From the NCBI GenBank assembly GCA_009914755.4, contig CP068257.2, forward strand, positions 16,384,001-16,448,000: a stretch of DNA of 64,000 nt. Direction: 5' to 3'. Below the pieces are notes generated by a model. That model had not been told where the DNA came from. It saw only the letters and a list, made by a program, of their open reading frames with translations, and made no database searches. The position numbers and the translations under genes are program-made. Of the stretch, positions 1 to 13,401 are shown in pieces. The DNA is from the human T2T-CHM13v2.0 reference genome, Homo sapiens. Position 1 is the first letter of the stretch, and each line of letters opens with the position of its first letter.

Positions 1-1007
1 ATAGTGGGAAGGAGGGTAAAGAGTAGTGGCCAAATCCACTGAATCAATCCTTACCTCATTCTTTGATGATATCATGAAGCATTTCGCCAGTCTTTAGAAG
101 TCCTGTTGTATTGAGTATCATCCTCCTAGAAAAGTCCACGCAGAACTGTAATGCCATGGGAGTTTATTTGGCTAATCCATAGAGGATGGTGGAGTTGCAT
201 TCTCTTATCAGAAATATACCTTCTGCACTCCCACCACTCATCGACCCAGAGAATTTTATATTATTAAATAGAATACAAGCCAGAACTATTTGCATTTACA
301 TTACTTAATTAATGTCGAGCAATCACAAGAACTGTGACTATATCTTGGGACTTATACCTGCTTGACCTAGCCTGCACACCAAAGTGATACCTTCCAGAAC
401 CAAAAGAACAAAATAATTTATGTTTCAATAGTTACAGAAAAAAGTGATTCTCAGTTTTTAAGGAGCTGTGTTGTTCTTGATTCTGCTAATCAGGTTCAGA
501 AGTACTGAGTTTTAGATTCAAAACACCTAGCAATAAATTTAAAAAAACCAAAGATTTAAAAGTAGACATTTATGTTTCTTCTAAAAAATTATCAAATAAA
601 ATGCTAAAATATCAGACAGTCTGTGTCACTACTGGTCACTTGGCTAGCTTAACCTTATATATTAAACACATTAAACAATGTTAGTGGTATAAAACATATG
701 CATACATTGTCATATTTTGCTCTATGATTATTAAGAAAAATAGAATGATAGAGGAAAATAATTGATGTGGTAGAGTCTTTATGAAAATATTTCTTTTTCT
801 TCCAAAGCCCCTCTGGCTATCATCTTATTTTTATAGAAATGGCAGGTATCCATATTTTACAATAATTTTCTCAGAGATGGAAGTAAATCTATGTCCCTCT
901 ACTTCTTCGTTCGGTTTCAATACATATTTCATAGCATTCTTAATTTTCAAGATATGACATAATTTATTTTTTTATTTTTAGTTATTTTTGTTGCGTTAAT
1001 TGGCATA

Positions 1008-1395
1008 TTAGATTGCTAGGGCTGCCGTAACAAAATACCCCCAGACTGGATGTCTTTAACAACAGAAATTTAGTTTCTCACAGATCGGGGAGCTAGAAGG
1101 CTGCGATCAAAGTGTAGGCACGTTGATTTGATTCTGAGGCTTTAACTCTTTGACTCGAATATGGCTGCCTTCTCCCTTCATCTTCCACGGTCTTTCCTCA
1201 GTCTCAGTGTGTGTGTGTCTGTGTCCAAATTTCCTGTTCTTATAAGGACCCGAGTCATATTGGACTAGGGCCTACCCTACAGACCTCATTGTAACTTAAA
1301 TACCTCTTTAAATACCTTATCTTCAAATGCTGTTACATTCTGACATACTGGGGATTGGGACTTCAACATATAAATTTTGGGTGACACGATTCAGC
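1008..1395 (-). mobile_element. MaLR MLT1-family solo LTR
   Basis: Reverse complement begins with the MLT1 LTR start (tgtgtcaccc aaaatttatatgttgaagtccc) and ends with the MLT1 terminus (cagtctgggggtattttgttacggcagccctag). It contains the internal hallmark ccagaactgtgagaaataaatttc in reverse orientation. Confidence 0.6.
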
Positions 1396-2370
1396 CCCTA
1401 ACAATTGGTTTATTTCCAGCCACTGTAATATAGGTTTGGTGAGGTAAAGGATTTTTGTCTATTTTGATATACTAAGCACCTATATCAGTTCCTGGGACAT
1501 AATAGACATGAAATTAGTATTTGCTGAATGAATAGATAAATGAATCGGTCAATGGATAAAACCAGTAAGTTGAGTGACAAATACGTCAACCTCAGAGCTC
1601 TCTACATCTAACAGATGCCACATTTGCTACTAAAGATCATTTGAACTTGAATTAGTAAGATTTGAACAGCCTTAGTTCTGCTTAGGCATATCAGTAACAT
1701 TTGTGGGTAAAGCCTGTAATTAGAAATAAGTACCAAATAAAATGCATTAATAATTTCAAAATGAAGAATAAAAAGCACATCAACTGTGGAGGAGAAACAG
1801 AACAGTAGGGGTTCTTTCAAGCCAACAGAACTTTAAGGACAAAGATTTGTAATTAAAAATGAAGTGAATTTAATCTTTGCTGCTAATCACTCCTGCACTG
1901 TTAGCCTGTTTTCATCAAACTAATTGATGGCATATGGAACAGATGCATGGTGAGATTACAGCTCCACTTTATGGGAGAGTTATAACAAATGTGACTTTCC
2001 CTCTATTACATGCATTAACATTCAGAAAATGCACTCCTTTGCTTTCTTCACATGCCAAAATTGGTTCTTTTGTGCAAAGCTGATTAAAAGGAATCAAAAG
2101 ATGTTTAATACACATGCAATCCATTTGATTATCCTAAGTCGTTTCTGGAATGCTATGTGCACTGTAATGTGGAGGGCGCACATTCTTAACTTCAACTCCA
2201 CATGAAAGTTTGTAGACAAAGGTTAAACACAATCTTTACTTTTTTTTGACATATTTCAAAATTCATTTTTGAAGGATGTGATAGTTAAAGTTTTATAAAA
2301 TTTGCGTCTTCTGTTTTTAGAAAGATAACTTAAGAAAGAAGCAAGTAATACCTTTAAATTTATCTGTCCA

Positions 2371-2683
2371 GGCTGGGCGCAGTGGCTCATGTCTGTGATC
2401 CTAGTGCTTTGGGAGGCAGAAGTGGGAGGATTGCTGAAAGCCAGGAGTTTGAAACCAGCCTGGACAACATAGTGAGACCCCTATTACTATGAAAAAAAAA
2501 ATTAGCTGAGTGTGGTGGCACATGCCTCTCATTCTAGCTACTTGGGAGGCTGAGGTGGAAGGATCACTTAAGGCCAGGAATTTGAGGCTGCAGTGAGCCA
2601 TGATGGTGCCACTGTACGCCAGCCTCTGTGACAGAGTAAGACCCTGTCTCTAAAAAGCAATCGTAACAATAAATAAAAAAAAC
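2371..2683 (+). mobile_element. Alu SINE, full-length dimeric (AluS/Y-like)
   Basis: Starts ggctgggcgcagtggctcatgtctgtgatcc. Has a mid A-rich linker, the right monomer ...gcagtgagccatgatggtgccactgtacgccagcctc, and an A-rich tail. The ORF 2401..2601 (minus) is a read-through of this Alu. Confidence 0.92.
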
Positions 2684-3049
2684 TCTCCAGAAATAACATG
2701 TCCTTTCATTAGTTTTTTAATAGCAATTATTAAACTAAATAGGTATGGATCTAAATAATTCTCTTCTAATTATAGATTTTGAAGTCATTGAAGGAAAGCA
2801 AAATACAAATTATTAATGATGATAATATTGCTCTGTAGTTACACAGAAGAATCACATGTGAATGACTTAAACTTTGGCATGATTCATGTATGTTAGATTT
2901 AACGTAGGTAATGAGCATTTCACCTTGAAATGAGTGCTAGGAAACAGGAACTTAGGTAAAGTGCGATGCCTTTTAATATTAAGCACTTCTCTGTTCTTTT
3001 TAGCTTGCTTCTCAATTTTGTACCTTGCTGTGACCCCCAGAGTGATTTC

Positions 3050-3426
3050 AGTTTGCTATAGACTGAATGCTTGTATCCCTTCTCAAATTCATATGTTGAA
3101 ATTCTAACGCATAACGTGGTGGTACTAAGAGGTGGGGCTTTTGGGAGGTAATTAGATCATGAGAGGAGAGCCCTCATGAATGGGCTTAGTGCCCTGATAA
3201 GGCAATACAAGAGAGCTTGCTTCCTCTCTCTGTTCTCTACCAAAGGAGAATACAACAAGAAGATGGCCATCTGTAGACCAGGAGGTGGTCCCTCCCCAGA
3301 AACTGGATGGGCCAGCACGTTGATTCTGAACTTCTAGCCTCCAGAACTGTAAGAAATAAATTTCTATTGTTTAAGCCACCTGGTCATGACATACTGTTTT
3401 AGCAGCTCAAACTGACTAAGACACAG
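3050..3426 (+). mobile_element. MaLR MLT1-family solo LTR
   Basis: Hallmark motifs present: ...tcaaattcatatgttgaaattctaac..., ggtggtactaagaggtggggcttttgggaggtaattagatcatgag, ctagcctccagaactgtaagaaataaatttctattgtttaagccacctggtc, and the terminus ...actgactaagac. Confidence 0.7.
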
Positions 3427-3585
3427 TTCCTTTAAACAGTATCAATACAAATACAACAATGAAAGAAACCTCATATTTCAGTGTGAATTTAAATGTCATC
3501 TCTTTGTTGGGAATTTTTTTGAACAAGTAAATTAGCTATCTCTGTTATTCCTTATCACAGCACCTTATTATTTCCTTTAGCTCTT

Positions 3586-3720
3586 CCTCCCCTCCCCTCC
3601 CCTCCCCTTCCCCTTCCCCTTCTCCTTTTCCTTTTCCTTTTCCTTTTCCTTTTCCTTCCTTCCTTCCTTCCTTCCTTCCTTCCTTCCTTCCTTCCTTCCT
3701 TCCTTCTTTCCTTCCTCTCT
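3586..3720. repeat. Polypyrimidine microsatellite (CCTCC/CCTTC/CCTTTT/CCTT)n, about 135 bp
   Basis: Direct reading shows (cctcc)4, then (ccttc)3, then (cctttt)5, then (cctt)15. The tract is uninterrupted pyrimidine on the plus strand. Confidence 0.95.
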
Positions 3721-3788
3721 GTTTCTTTCTTCTATCTGTGTAACTTATTATCTATTTTTACAGGTAAGTTTCATAAGATCAAGAACTA

Positions 3789-4108
<320 letters not shown>

Positions 4109-5039
4109 CTAGGCTTGTTAACTACTTTATCTCCAGTGGCTGGACAGTTACTACTGCATAATATACATCCAGCAAATATTTGTTGAATATTGTTGAATAA
4201 GTGATTTCAAAGTCACTTATTTAGCCCAGCCTGGTTCATAGACAGATATATGTTTTGTCAGTTAAGGTAAATAATAGCTGGCATACCTATTTTCAATGAT
4301 AAAAATGAAAGTAGATTTTATAAATTCATTGTCTCTTTTTATTCCCTGAACATGGTCTGGTTTAGAATTGCACATGAAAAATTATGAAGTGAGCTTAGCA
4401 TCTCATGTTACCCATTATGCTTTCTCTTTCTCACCTTCTTTAATTTCTTAGAGTTCTTATGGCCTCTTTAATTTTTTTCTAATCAAAGAAAATGAGGTGA
4501 GAAGTCACTTTCACTTGGGTGCGGATGAACCAATATCATCTCTCCTAAAGCAATAGATCTATTTATAGGAATCTCAGCTTTAAATAGCATGAGTGATAAT
4601 AATTCATAAATCAGTCAGACTCTAGGCAATGTGTTAAACATAGATATTGATGTGGGGGATGTACAAATTCCTACTTTAATTTATGGCATTAGAATCACAC
4701 CTTGCTTGCAGGCAGACATTTTGGCCACATGTCTGACATTGTTTGAATATATTATGAAGCCAGATTAAACAATCCTTGTGTATATTTTAAATTTTTTAGA
4801 AACAGAAGAATGAAATGAGTTTCACTGAAGATAGATGTGTTATGAAAACATAAACATTTTGAAACTTTGATCAAAATAGTAATCTTTACTTGTTTTTATG
4901 TGCAAAAAGGCAACAATTTAGGAAACTGTATATATTTAACATGTATCAGGGATATTTTATCTATCTATAAATTTAGCTAAGTCTCTATCTGATTGTTTAT
5001 TTCTAGTCATCTAGAATCTGGAACCTTCCTGTTTTGGGG

Positions 5040-5910
5040 GGAATCTCAGGGAGGCTCCACTTCCCACAAAGAGACAAAGGAGGTAGATATTCCTGTCTCA
5101 ATGCCCTAGCAGCTAGGGCTCAGGTAAGTGAGCCTCAAGCAAATGGATGTTCAAGCCCAGGACACTGAATCTTATAATTAATTAAAAGATTTTCAAGTTA
5201 GTGGGAACTATGGAGTAAAGTCCAGGCGTGCAGTAGTGCTAGTGAGAACAACAGGAAGTGTCCTGTGATAGCATTGCAGCCACATCATCTCTGGGACATG
5301 ACCTGGCTGTGTTATTAGCTTTTATCCTCTCTTGGATCCTGGGGCTTTCTGAGAGGCTTCTCTAGCCCCCTTGTCAATTATGTAAGGTACTGGAGATCTG
5401 TGGCAGGCAGGCTCTAACATAGCCCCCAGTGATCCCTCCCCACTGATTCTTGTGCCCTCGAGTAATCTTCTCTCTTTGAGAGTGGGCTGGACCTAATGGC
5501 TAACTTCTAACTAATAGGATATGGCAAAAGTGATGGGATGTTACTCTTGAGATTAGGCTACAAAGAGACTGTGACTTCTGTCATCGGTGTACGCATTCTC
5601 TTGCCTACTCTAAGGAAAGCCAAATGACAATTTGGAAACGACCTTACAAAGAGACCTGCATGGCAAGGAACTACCTGGTTGCCAGTCCATGTCTGGACAA
5701 CGAGCAGCATGGACCTGAGGTTTGTTAACTCATGTGAGTGAGCTTGGAAACAGATCCTCCTTCAGTTGAGCCAGTAGGCTGGCTAGACCTGCTTGGAGTC
5801 TTGTGAGAGACCTTTTGTCAGAAACACCCAGCTGAGCCATTACCCACAGAAACTGATGTCATTAACCACAGAAACTGTGACATACTATAACTGCTCGTCG
5901 TTTTCCATTG
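5040..5910 (+). repeat. Degraded old LTR-like interspersed repeat (possibly MaLR); family uncertain
   Basis: The 3-prime part resembles old MaLR LTR ends (ccagctgagccattacccacagaaactg...cacagaaactgtgacata). The internal tggacctaatggctaacttctaactaataggatatggcaaaagtgatgggatg block is a recurrent repeat motif. I cannot name the family with confidence. Confidence 0.3.
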
Positions 5911-7499
5911 TTAAGCATTGGATAATCTGTTACATAGAAATACATAAGTAATTAAATGTCCTTCCAGAAAATCTCTCTTCTGTTTAAGTAAACTAGATTA
6001 GGTTTCTGTTGGTTGCAATGGAGAATGCAGAAATTGTTACTAGGAATAGAAATGGATGGGATCGGACTGAAGACAGTGGAAATCTCTTTAGGATTCTGGA
6101 AAAAAATCCTGAAATTTATTGTATTCAATAAGAAAACACTTATTTAAAATTTTAATCTGTGGTCAATTTATAATAAAGTACCCTTTGAAGGCAAAATTTG
6201 GGTAAATCCAGTGTTTGCTACCTTAGAAAAATAGTAGAGGTATGTGGAATTTAAAGTCATGTAGCAGGGTGGCTTTTTCTAATAGTATTGGGCAGATCAG
6301 AGGAGAATAACCAAGGGTAAGTTTCTAGATTTTCAGCAAGGCATAGATGTTTTATGACTTTGCCAAAGATTCAACAACTGTTTGAAGCCATAGGGCTGAG
6401 TCAGTCAAGAACCAAATGAATAGTTTGATCTAATTAGTTACTAAATTAGAATGCAGTCAAAATTTTGGTTCATAATGGCTCTTATATGAAAACGGAAACT
6501 CAGAATTGGTCTGGCAATATCTAGGAAGATGCGAAGCCCCTGGTGAAGCTGAAACTGCCAACTCCACTGAACTTCTCATGGCAACCAATGCAGACCCACT
6601 TCCCCTATCTGGAAAAGTTGTTCTCTCTTTGCCTAAAGATGTCATAAGTCTTTAACCTGTGGGAGATTCCTTACTAGGGCAACTTGCCTCATTTTCACTC
6701 TGAAAATACTTTTAATTGTTTACTTAGTTAGCTGATTGGAACCTATATTTAACAGTGGCCCATATTTAATAAAAGAGATGTCAGAAATTCCTTGGTAATA
6801 ATAGAGAAGAAGAAGCTAAAGAATTTCAGAAGGCTTAAGAAATTGGGGTAATTTTATCTAATATGACCCAGCTGGGGCAGGACAGACTTTATTTGCCAAA
6901 ATTATGAAAAATAGATTTTTTTGGGGGGGAGAAAAATGCCATTACATTTGCCATTGGAAAGGGGCTTTGGAGATTGTTCTCTGTAGATCAGCATACTATT
7001 AAATGCTACAGGTATAACTGGTTCCTTGGTTGCAGTGGGGATGGTTGAATCCTGGAGAGGCAGAGGCCAGGCTTACTTGCATTTTGTATTAGGTAGAGGG
7101 GGATAAAATAGCTGTTGAGTCCACTAAGATTCTACTTGAGGCCCAATAAATTACACTATTAGAGAATCCATAGCCTTTTTCCTAATTACCAAAGGGATCG
7201 ATCCAATGACTCAGCATCTATGAATGAAGAGAGTTAAAATTACCTTTGAGAAAAAACAAGTATATGCTGTGAACCTTCATCCTAGGATTCTCCAAATTAT
7301 TCTATTTCTACTTGCCATCACAGTTGTATCATTTATATGATTTTTTGGCACTGCCTGTGAATAGACACTAATTTACAATGCTACTGCAGATTACCAGTCA
7401 TAGTATGGGCTTATGGAGAGTCAGCTGATAAACAGAACTCAAACCAGGTAGGGGGAACTTGGGAAGATGTTAGCAAAGGATAAAACATTTAGTTAGAGA

Positions 7500-7745
7500 G
7501 GAGAAATAAGGTCAAGATATATATTGTACAACATGGCAACTGTGGTTAATAACAATGAATTGAATACTTGAAAATTGCTAGGAGAGTAGATCTTAGGTGT
7601 TCACACCAGAAAAATGATAAGTGTATGAAATAATGCATATTTTAATTAGCTGTATTTATCCGTTATTCAATATATACATGTTTCAAAATATGTATATCAT
7701 AAATGTATACAATTTTTATGTATCATTTAAAAACATTTTTAAAAA
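7500..7745 (+). mobile_element. L1 (LINE-1) 3-prime terminal fragment, old subfamily
   Basis: Matches L1 3-prime UTR tip motifs: gttaataacaatgaattgaatacttgaaaattgctaggagagtagatcttaggtgttcacaccagaaaaatgataag ... tatacaatttttatgtatca. Confidence 0.65.
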
Positions 7746-10494
7746 TAACATTAAGAAGTTAGGAAAATACAGAATGCATACAATAAAGTTCTGAAGGGGA
7801 GAAAATAGATTTTTGACCCAAACAATGCTGAATCACTAGGGAGTCATTGGAGATTAGTGCCACAATACAATATTTGAAAGATTCGGGGGAATTGATTCCT
7901 ACCCCTTTCTCATTTATCTCTCCAATATGACTGGTGCTGAAGATAGATGACTTCAGGAAAATGACAGGTGGTTACCTGAAATGAAACTTCTGTTTCAAAT
8001 GTGATCCCCTTACTGGAGCAAATCAATGTACCCTAACATCTGGTGTGCAATTACTTACTTGAAAATATTTTTCTCTTATTTCCTTTTTTTTCCCCACTGA
8101 ACAGAAGATACCAGAACTTTTAAAAGCTAGCACTGTCTCTCCAAACTGTGGCCCAGAATTCCATCGACATGTAGTTTCACTCTATTGTTCACCTGGTGCT
8201 GATAGAACCTGGAAAGCAGTTATCTTAAAGGTGACGGCATGACATTTGCATGGCATTCATTCACTTGAAAATAGCTATTGAGTGCTTATTTTGTGTTAGT
8301 TTCCTTTTTAGTATTTAAAACGTAGCAGTGAACAAAAGGGAACAAATTCTTGTTCTCATAAGCTTACATCATGGAAGGGAGAGAGTAAGTATAAACAAGC
8401 ATGTGTATGCATCACATATTAAATTCTGATGAATGCTATGCAAAGAACAAAAACGGGAGTAAACGAGGTCAGAGGATGATACTTAATATTGGGGGTTAGG
8501 GAAGGCTGAACTGATAGGATGATATACCAATGGAGACCTGATGGAACAGAAAAAATGCAACACAAAATATTTTGGACAAGAAAGTTCAAAATTTAAGGAA
8601 TAGGTAATGCAAAGACAATAAAAGCGGTGACCTGCATTTCACTGTGAACATAGCAGCTGGTACACTGAGTGAGGTAGGGATAAGGACAGAGGCAGGAGAT
8701 CATATAGGTCATTGTAGTCTGTCTCTGAGTGAATTGGGAAATGGCTGGTTTTGTGCAGAAGTATGACATTATCTGACATATATTTAAAAAGAACCATTTA
8801 TTTATTATTCTCTTCAGGTGGTATCAGAAACTGATTCCTCCCATAGCATCCTGCCACAAAATAATATTGCAACTTTAATTAATATCAATGTTTGGATTTA
8901 TTTATGGTAAGATACCACTGGGTGACAGTCCTGTGACCTCTGACTGCAGGGACCAAATCATTATCACTTAGAGAATGAGTGGAACTTAATGGTTTACACC
9001 CAGCAGCAGAAATGTGGGAGTAACAGCCCATTTGCCTTTTTCAGTTGTCAAAGTTATGTTATGGGTATAGTAGGGTATAGCCTTGGATCTGTATAACTCT
9101 ATGTTTCTGAAGAACTAGTGAGACAGAACCATTGAGAACATATTTACATGAGGGATCATTAAAATACCTGGGAAAGAACTCAACATAAGGGAAGAGAATC
9201 AAGACGCTCACACACAATGTGACTTCAGAGACCTCTCATTTAAAATAACATAGCTTAAGTTTGGCTGATATAGTCTGTACTATATTCTCACAAAAATACT
9301 TTAAAAATAGAAAAAAGAAAAAACCTTATAACATCTTAAGATAAGTTTGAGTATCAGCGTGATTTCAGAATCTGAAAGGAATTTCCACTGACTCTAAGGT
9401 ATATGAAATTGAATTGAGAACCCTATGAGTGGCCCATCCAAACAATGACTTGGCAAGCTTGCCCACTGTTTCTCTTGTTCATATTATGACTGTGCTTTAT
9501 TCTGGGAATGGCTATGCTTCTCAGTCATGTGTAGGAAATCATCTTATAAGATGATTTCTATAATATGTAATAATGGAAATGTTAGGAAACAAAATTTGTT
9601 GCATTATGTCATGCAAACTTTGCCTCCTTGGCACTTTGAAATCTGTTAGAAAACATAAGAGTTTCTCTTCTCTGTGCACCAGGTGACCTGAAATACATAG
9701 TAATTGATGTCGTCATCTTGAATATAAAAGACAAAGTGTGGTGCAAGTGTAGCCCTTCCAGGTCACCACCACCTGTCAGGCAGCAGGGCTTGGGAAGTCT
9801 TCCACAATCCACAGAATATGGACTAAGATTTATGGAATAGGATTTACTGGGGAAAGTCTACAAATTAAGAGCCAATAGGAAGGAAAGAAGCATACAGTAC
9901 CTGCATTTTCTTCATGTCATGGAGTTAATGCCATGGCCTGGGTGGTCTAATAGAAGTGGAATATATTTGTATTAGCGTGGAGGGTCTCCATTCTCCTGTG
10001 ATTCTTTCTTCTATTGGGTAAATGTGAGAACAACAATTGTCAGCGGGCATGCAATAGACTACTGGGTCAGCAGGCAATCTGAATTTAGAAGACAGCTTTC
10101 TATATAAATTGTCTGGGTAATCTTGAACCCCAGTACTTAGATAGTATGTGAGGTCTGTAGGAGACTGAAGTTCTTTCTCCAGGGAGGAAAAAGCCACCAG
10201 TAACATGAAAATTTGACTTTAGGTATATTCTCTTTGACTAGAGAAGGAGAGAAAGCCTCAGGCTCGCCACTTGTTAAGGGAGTTCAGAGAGACCTGGTTG
10301 CTGTACCACAGTAGGTCATCTCAGATGAGAGAAACAGTTATCAGACTCCCAGTGCATGACTCCAGACAGACCTCTTTTTGTCCACTCCCATTAAGATGGA
10401 TTGCAGAGAACCTTAAGTTCTGTTTGGTCCTTTGCAACATTTCAGGGAGAGAGGTCTTACTAGCAGAAGATTGAAAAATCTGTTTTTAGATGAG

Positions 10495-11990
10495 CCTTTA
10501 TATATGTCTGTATGTTTACTATTTTCTGTGTTCTTCGTTTCCTTGTGTAGACCCATTTCTCCATTTAGTATCGCTTTTCCTTCATTCTGAAGGACTTGCT
10601 TCATTTTGAAAGATAATTTGGCTGGGTATAGAACACCAGGTTGTGAGTTTTCTTTCTTTCAGTATTTTAAATACGTTTTATCACTTGCATTGTTTTTGAT
10701 AAGAAAACTGTTTTCATTCTTACCTTTGTTTCCCTGCACATAGTGTTTTTTTCTCTGCTTTTAAGACTTCCTCTTTATAACTGGTTTTAAGCAATTCGAA
10801 TATCATCTGCCTTGGTGTCTTGATATTTCTTGTGCTTGAAGTTTGTTGAACGTTTTGGATCAATAATTTGCAGTGTTCCTCGAATTTGGAATATTTTAGG
10901 CCACTATTTCTTCAAACAGTTTTTTCTTTTCCCTCACTTCTCCTTTGGATACTTCAATTTCATATATACTAGTCTACTTGAAGTTGTCCCACAGTTTGTT
11001 AATGTTGTATTACTTCTTCTTTTTCAGTCTTTGTTTACGTTGCAGATAGTCTCTAGTGCTATGTTTTCATATTCACTAATCTTTATTCTTCAAAACCTAA
11101 TCTGCTATTAATTTTGTTCAGTGCATTTTTAATCTCAGATGTTAAAGTTTTATCTTGAAAATTCAATTTGGATCTTCTTTCATGTCTCTGCCTAAAATGC
11201 TCAATCTTTTCTTTATTTTCTTGAATATATGAATTATGGTGTGTATTAATGTCCTTATGTACAAATCATAGCATCTGTGTCATTTTTGATCTGTTTCTAT
11301 TGATTGATTTCTTTCTCTTCATCCCACATCATATTTTCCTCCTTTGCATATTTGGTAATTCTTACTTGGCTGACAGACATTATACATTTTATCTTGATTA
11401 TTTTTATATTCCTATAAGTATTCTTGAACTTTATTCTGGGATGCAGTTAAGTTACTTGGAAACTGTTTTATCTATTAGAGTCTTGCTTTTGAGCTTTGTT
11501 AGGTGAGATCATAGAAGCCTGTAGTCTAGGGCCAATTATCCTTTATTACTAAGGCAATACCTTTCTGAGTACTCTACCTAATGACCTGTGAATTCTGAGA
11601 TTTTTTTCAGTCTGGCTAGTAGGAACACAAACTATTCCTGGTTATGTGTCAGTTCTGGGGAATATTACCTGTAATCCTTTTGGCATTTTATCCTTGGCTT
11701 TGTGTAGTTTCCTCACACACATGCAAAGATTAACACTCTGCTGAAGGCTCAAGAGGTATCCTCTGCATATTTCAGGGGCTTGCTTTGTGTATAGGACTGT
11801 ACGCTCTGGCACTCTGCCCTGTGAACTCTAGCTACCTTGGCCTCCTTGGAATCCTAACTCAGTTCAACTCAGGAAGACCACTGGGTTCTGCCTGAGCTTC
11901 CTTTCCCTGCACTGTGGCCTGGAAACTCTGCCTAGGCACTAGAGTGGGACAGCGATAGGTCTTCTTTTGTTTATTTTCTCTTTATCAGAA
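10495..11990 (-). mobile_element. Old L1 (L1M-type) 5-prime region, antisense; spans the ORF1-proximal segment
   Basis: The T-rich strand matches the L1 antisense region around the ORF1 end: gataatttggctgggtatagaacaccaggttgtgagttttctttctttcagtattttaaa, followed by ...ctgcttttaagacttcctctttataactggttttaagcaattcgaatatcatctgccttggtgt.... The ORFs 10830..11111 and 11249..11506 are read-throughs. Confidence 0.45.
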
Positions 11991-13270
11991 ATCAGTCTTC
12001 TTTCCATCTTGATTGAAAACAGTTCTATTATATATATTATCATGAAGAAAAATTTAAGGCAGTATTGGAAAGCTTTTCTAATTTTTTTCTGTTACTTGAT
12101 GTTATAATTGTTTCTTTTCCTTGTAAAATTAAACTTTTTTTTGATTTGGGCAGATATGAGTGACTTCAGTAAAATTCCCATAAAATAATTAGAACTCTAA
12201 TATTAGCCAGGAAACTGGGTGGAGTTCTTTCTATTGTAAAGATTTTACTATTTATGGCAGCTTGAATAGCATTGCCCTGCCATATTCAATCATTAACCAA
12301 TAATATTTTATCCATGCAGATTTTGTACCTATTTTAATATCTAAAACCACACCTGAAAACCAAAACAATTTTGAGGAGACTGATATCTAGAAGGTTAGTA
12401 TGCCCAATAAAGGTATGAAGAATTCTGGTAGCATTACCTTCTGGAGATTTTAGATTTCCATATATAACATATTTTCACAATATCAGACAATGGGGATGAG
12501 TAAGAATTATATTTTAACTCCAACAGACCTACATTGAATTAAATCCTGCTAGTTCTGATACTAATAATTAGAAAACTTATACAGCAAGCGATCCTATGTC
12601 TTGGAAGGAGATTTAATTGGCATCCAAGTAAACAGAAAGTTGGGCTAAGTGAAATGTATATATTCTGACTTTTAAAAAATTTTAGGTGTGGAAAATTCTT
12701 ATTTTGTTAGTAGGAGTAGACAATGTAAGTGGAGGAACTCTCAAAAGTCTTCTAAAATGAAGATGGGATAGATCCTAAAATGGTAGAGTAAGAACAATCT
12801 TTTAAAATTATCCATAGCAGGAAACAGGAAAAATTATTAGAATCCTACCATCTTTTATAGCACTATGAAGTTCTGGCCTCTATGAAATAGAAGCAGAAAG
12901 TCATTAGGAAGACAGAGGTTGAGATGGAAAGGTAACATAATGATAGAAGTAGTAATGAGAAGTGTTAAGTGTGTAGTGAAGGGTAGAGCTGATACCATCA
13001 AAGAATTAAATCAGTGATGGAGGATCACTTGCAGAAGCTCTCCAAGATCAGAGAGAATAAAGAGAGACCAATAAAAAGAATAAGTGGGTAAATAATACAT
13101 ATAGAGGAAAAGAACTTGTAGAATGTTTGATGGTTTTAGGGTATCTGACATAAACATTAGAACACTTAGCAGCAATAACCAGTGTTAAGAGAGGGGAATA
13201 TACAAACTTTAAAAAAAATCAGCATACAGATTTAACATTTTCCTCTCATTTATGCAGAATCAATTCTACA

Positions 13271-13401
13271 AGTCTTGCATTGTTTTTGATAAGAAAACTG
13301 TTTGCATTCTTACCTTTGTTTCCCTGCACATAATGTTTTTTTCCGTGCTTTTAAGACTTCCTCTTTATAACTGGTTTTAAGCAATTTGATTATCATCTGC
13401 C
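13271..13401. repeat. 131 bp segment about 95 percent identical to 10684..10812 (L1-derived sequence duplicated 2.6 kb away)
   Basis: cttgcattgtttttgataagaaaactgtt[t/g]cattcttacctttgtttccctgcacata[g/a]tgttttttt...gcttttaagacttcctctttataactggttttaagcaatt...atcatctgcctt occurs at both sites with about 6 mismatches. The flanking sequence differs between the two sites. Confidence 0.85.
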
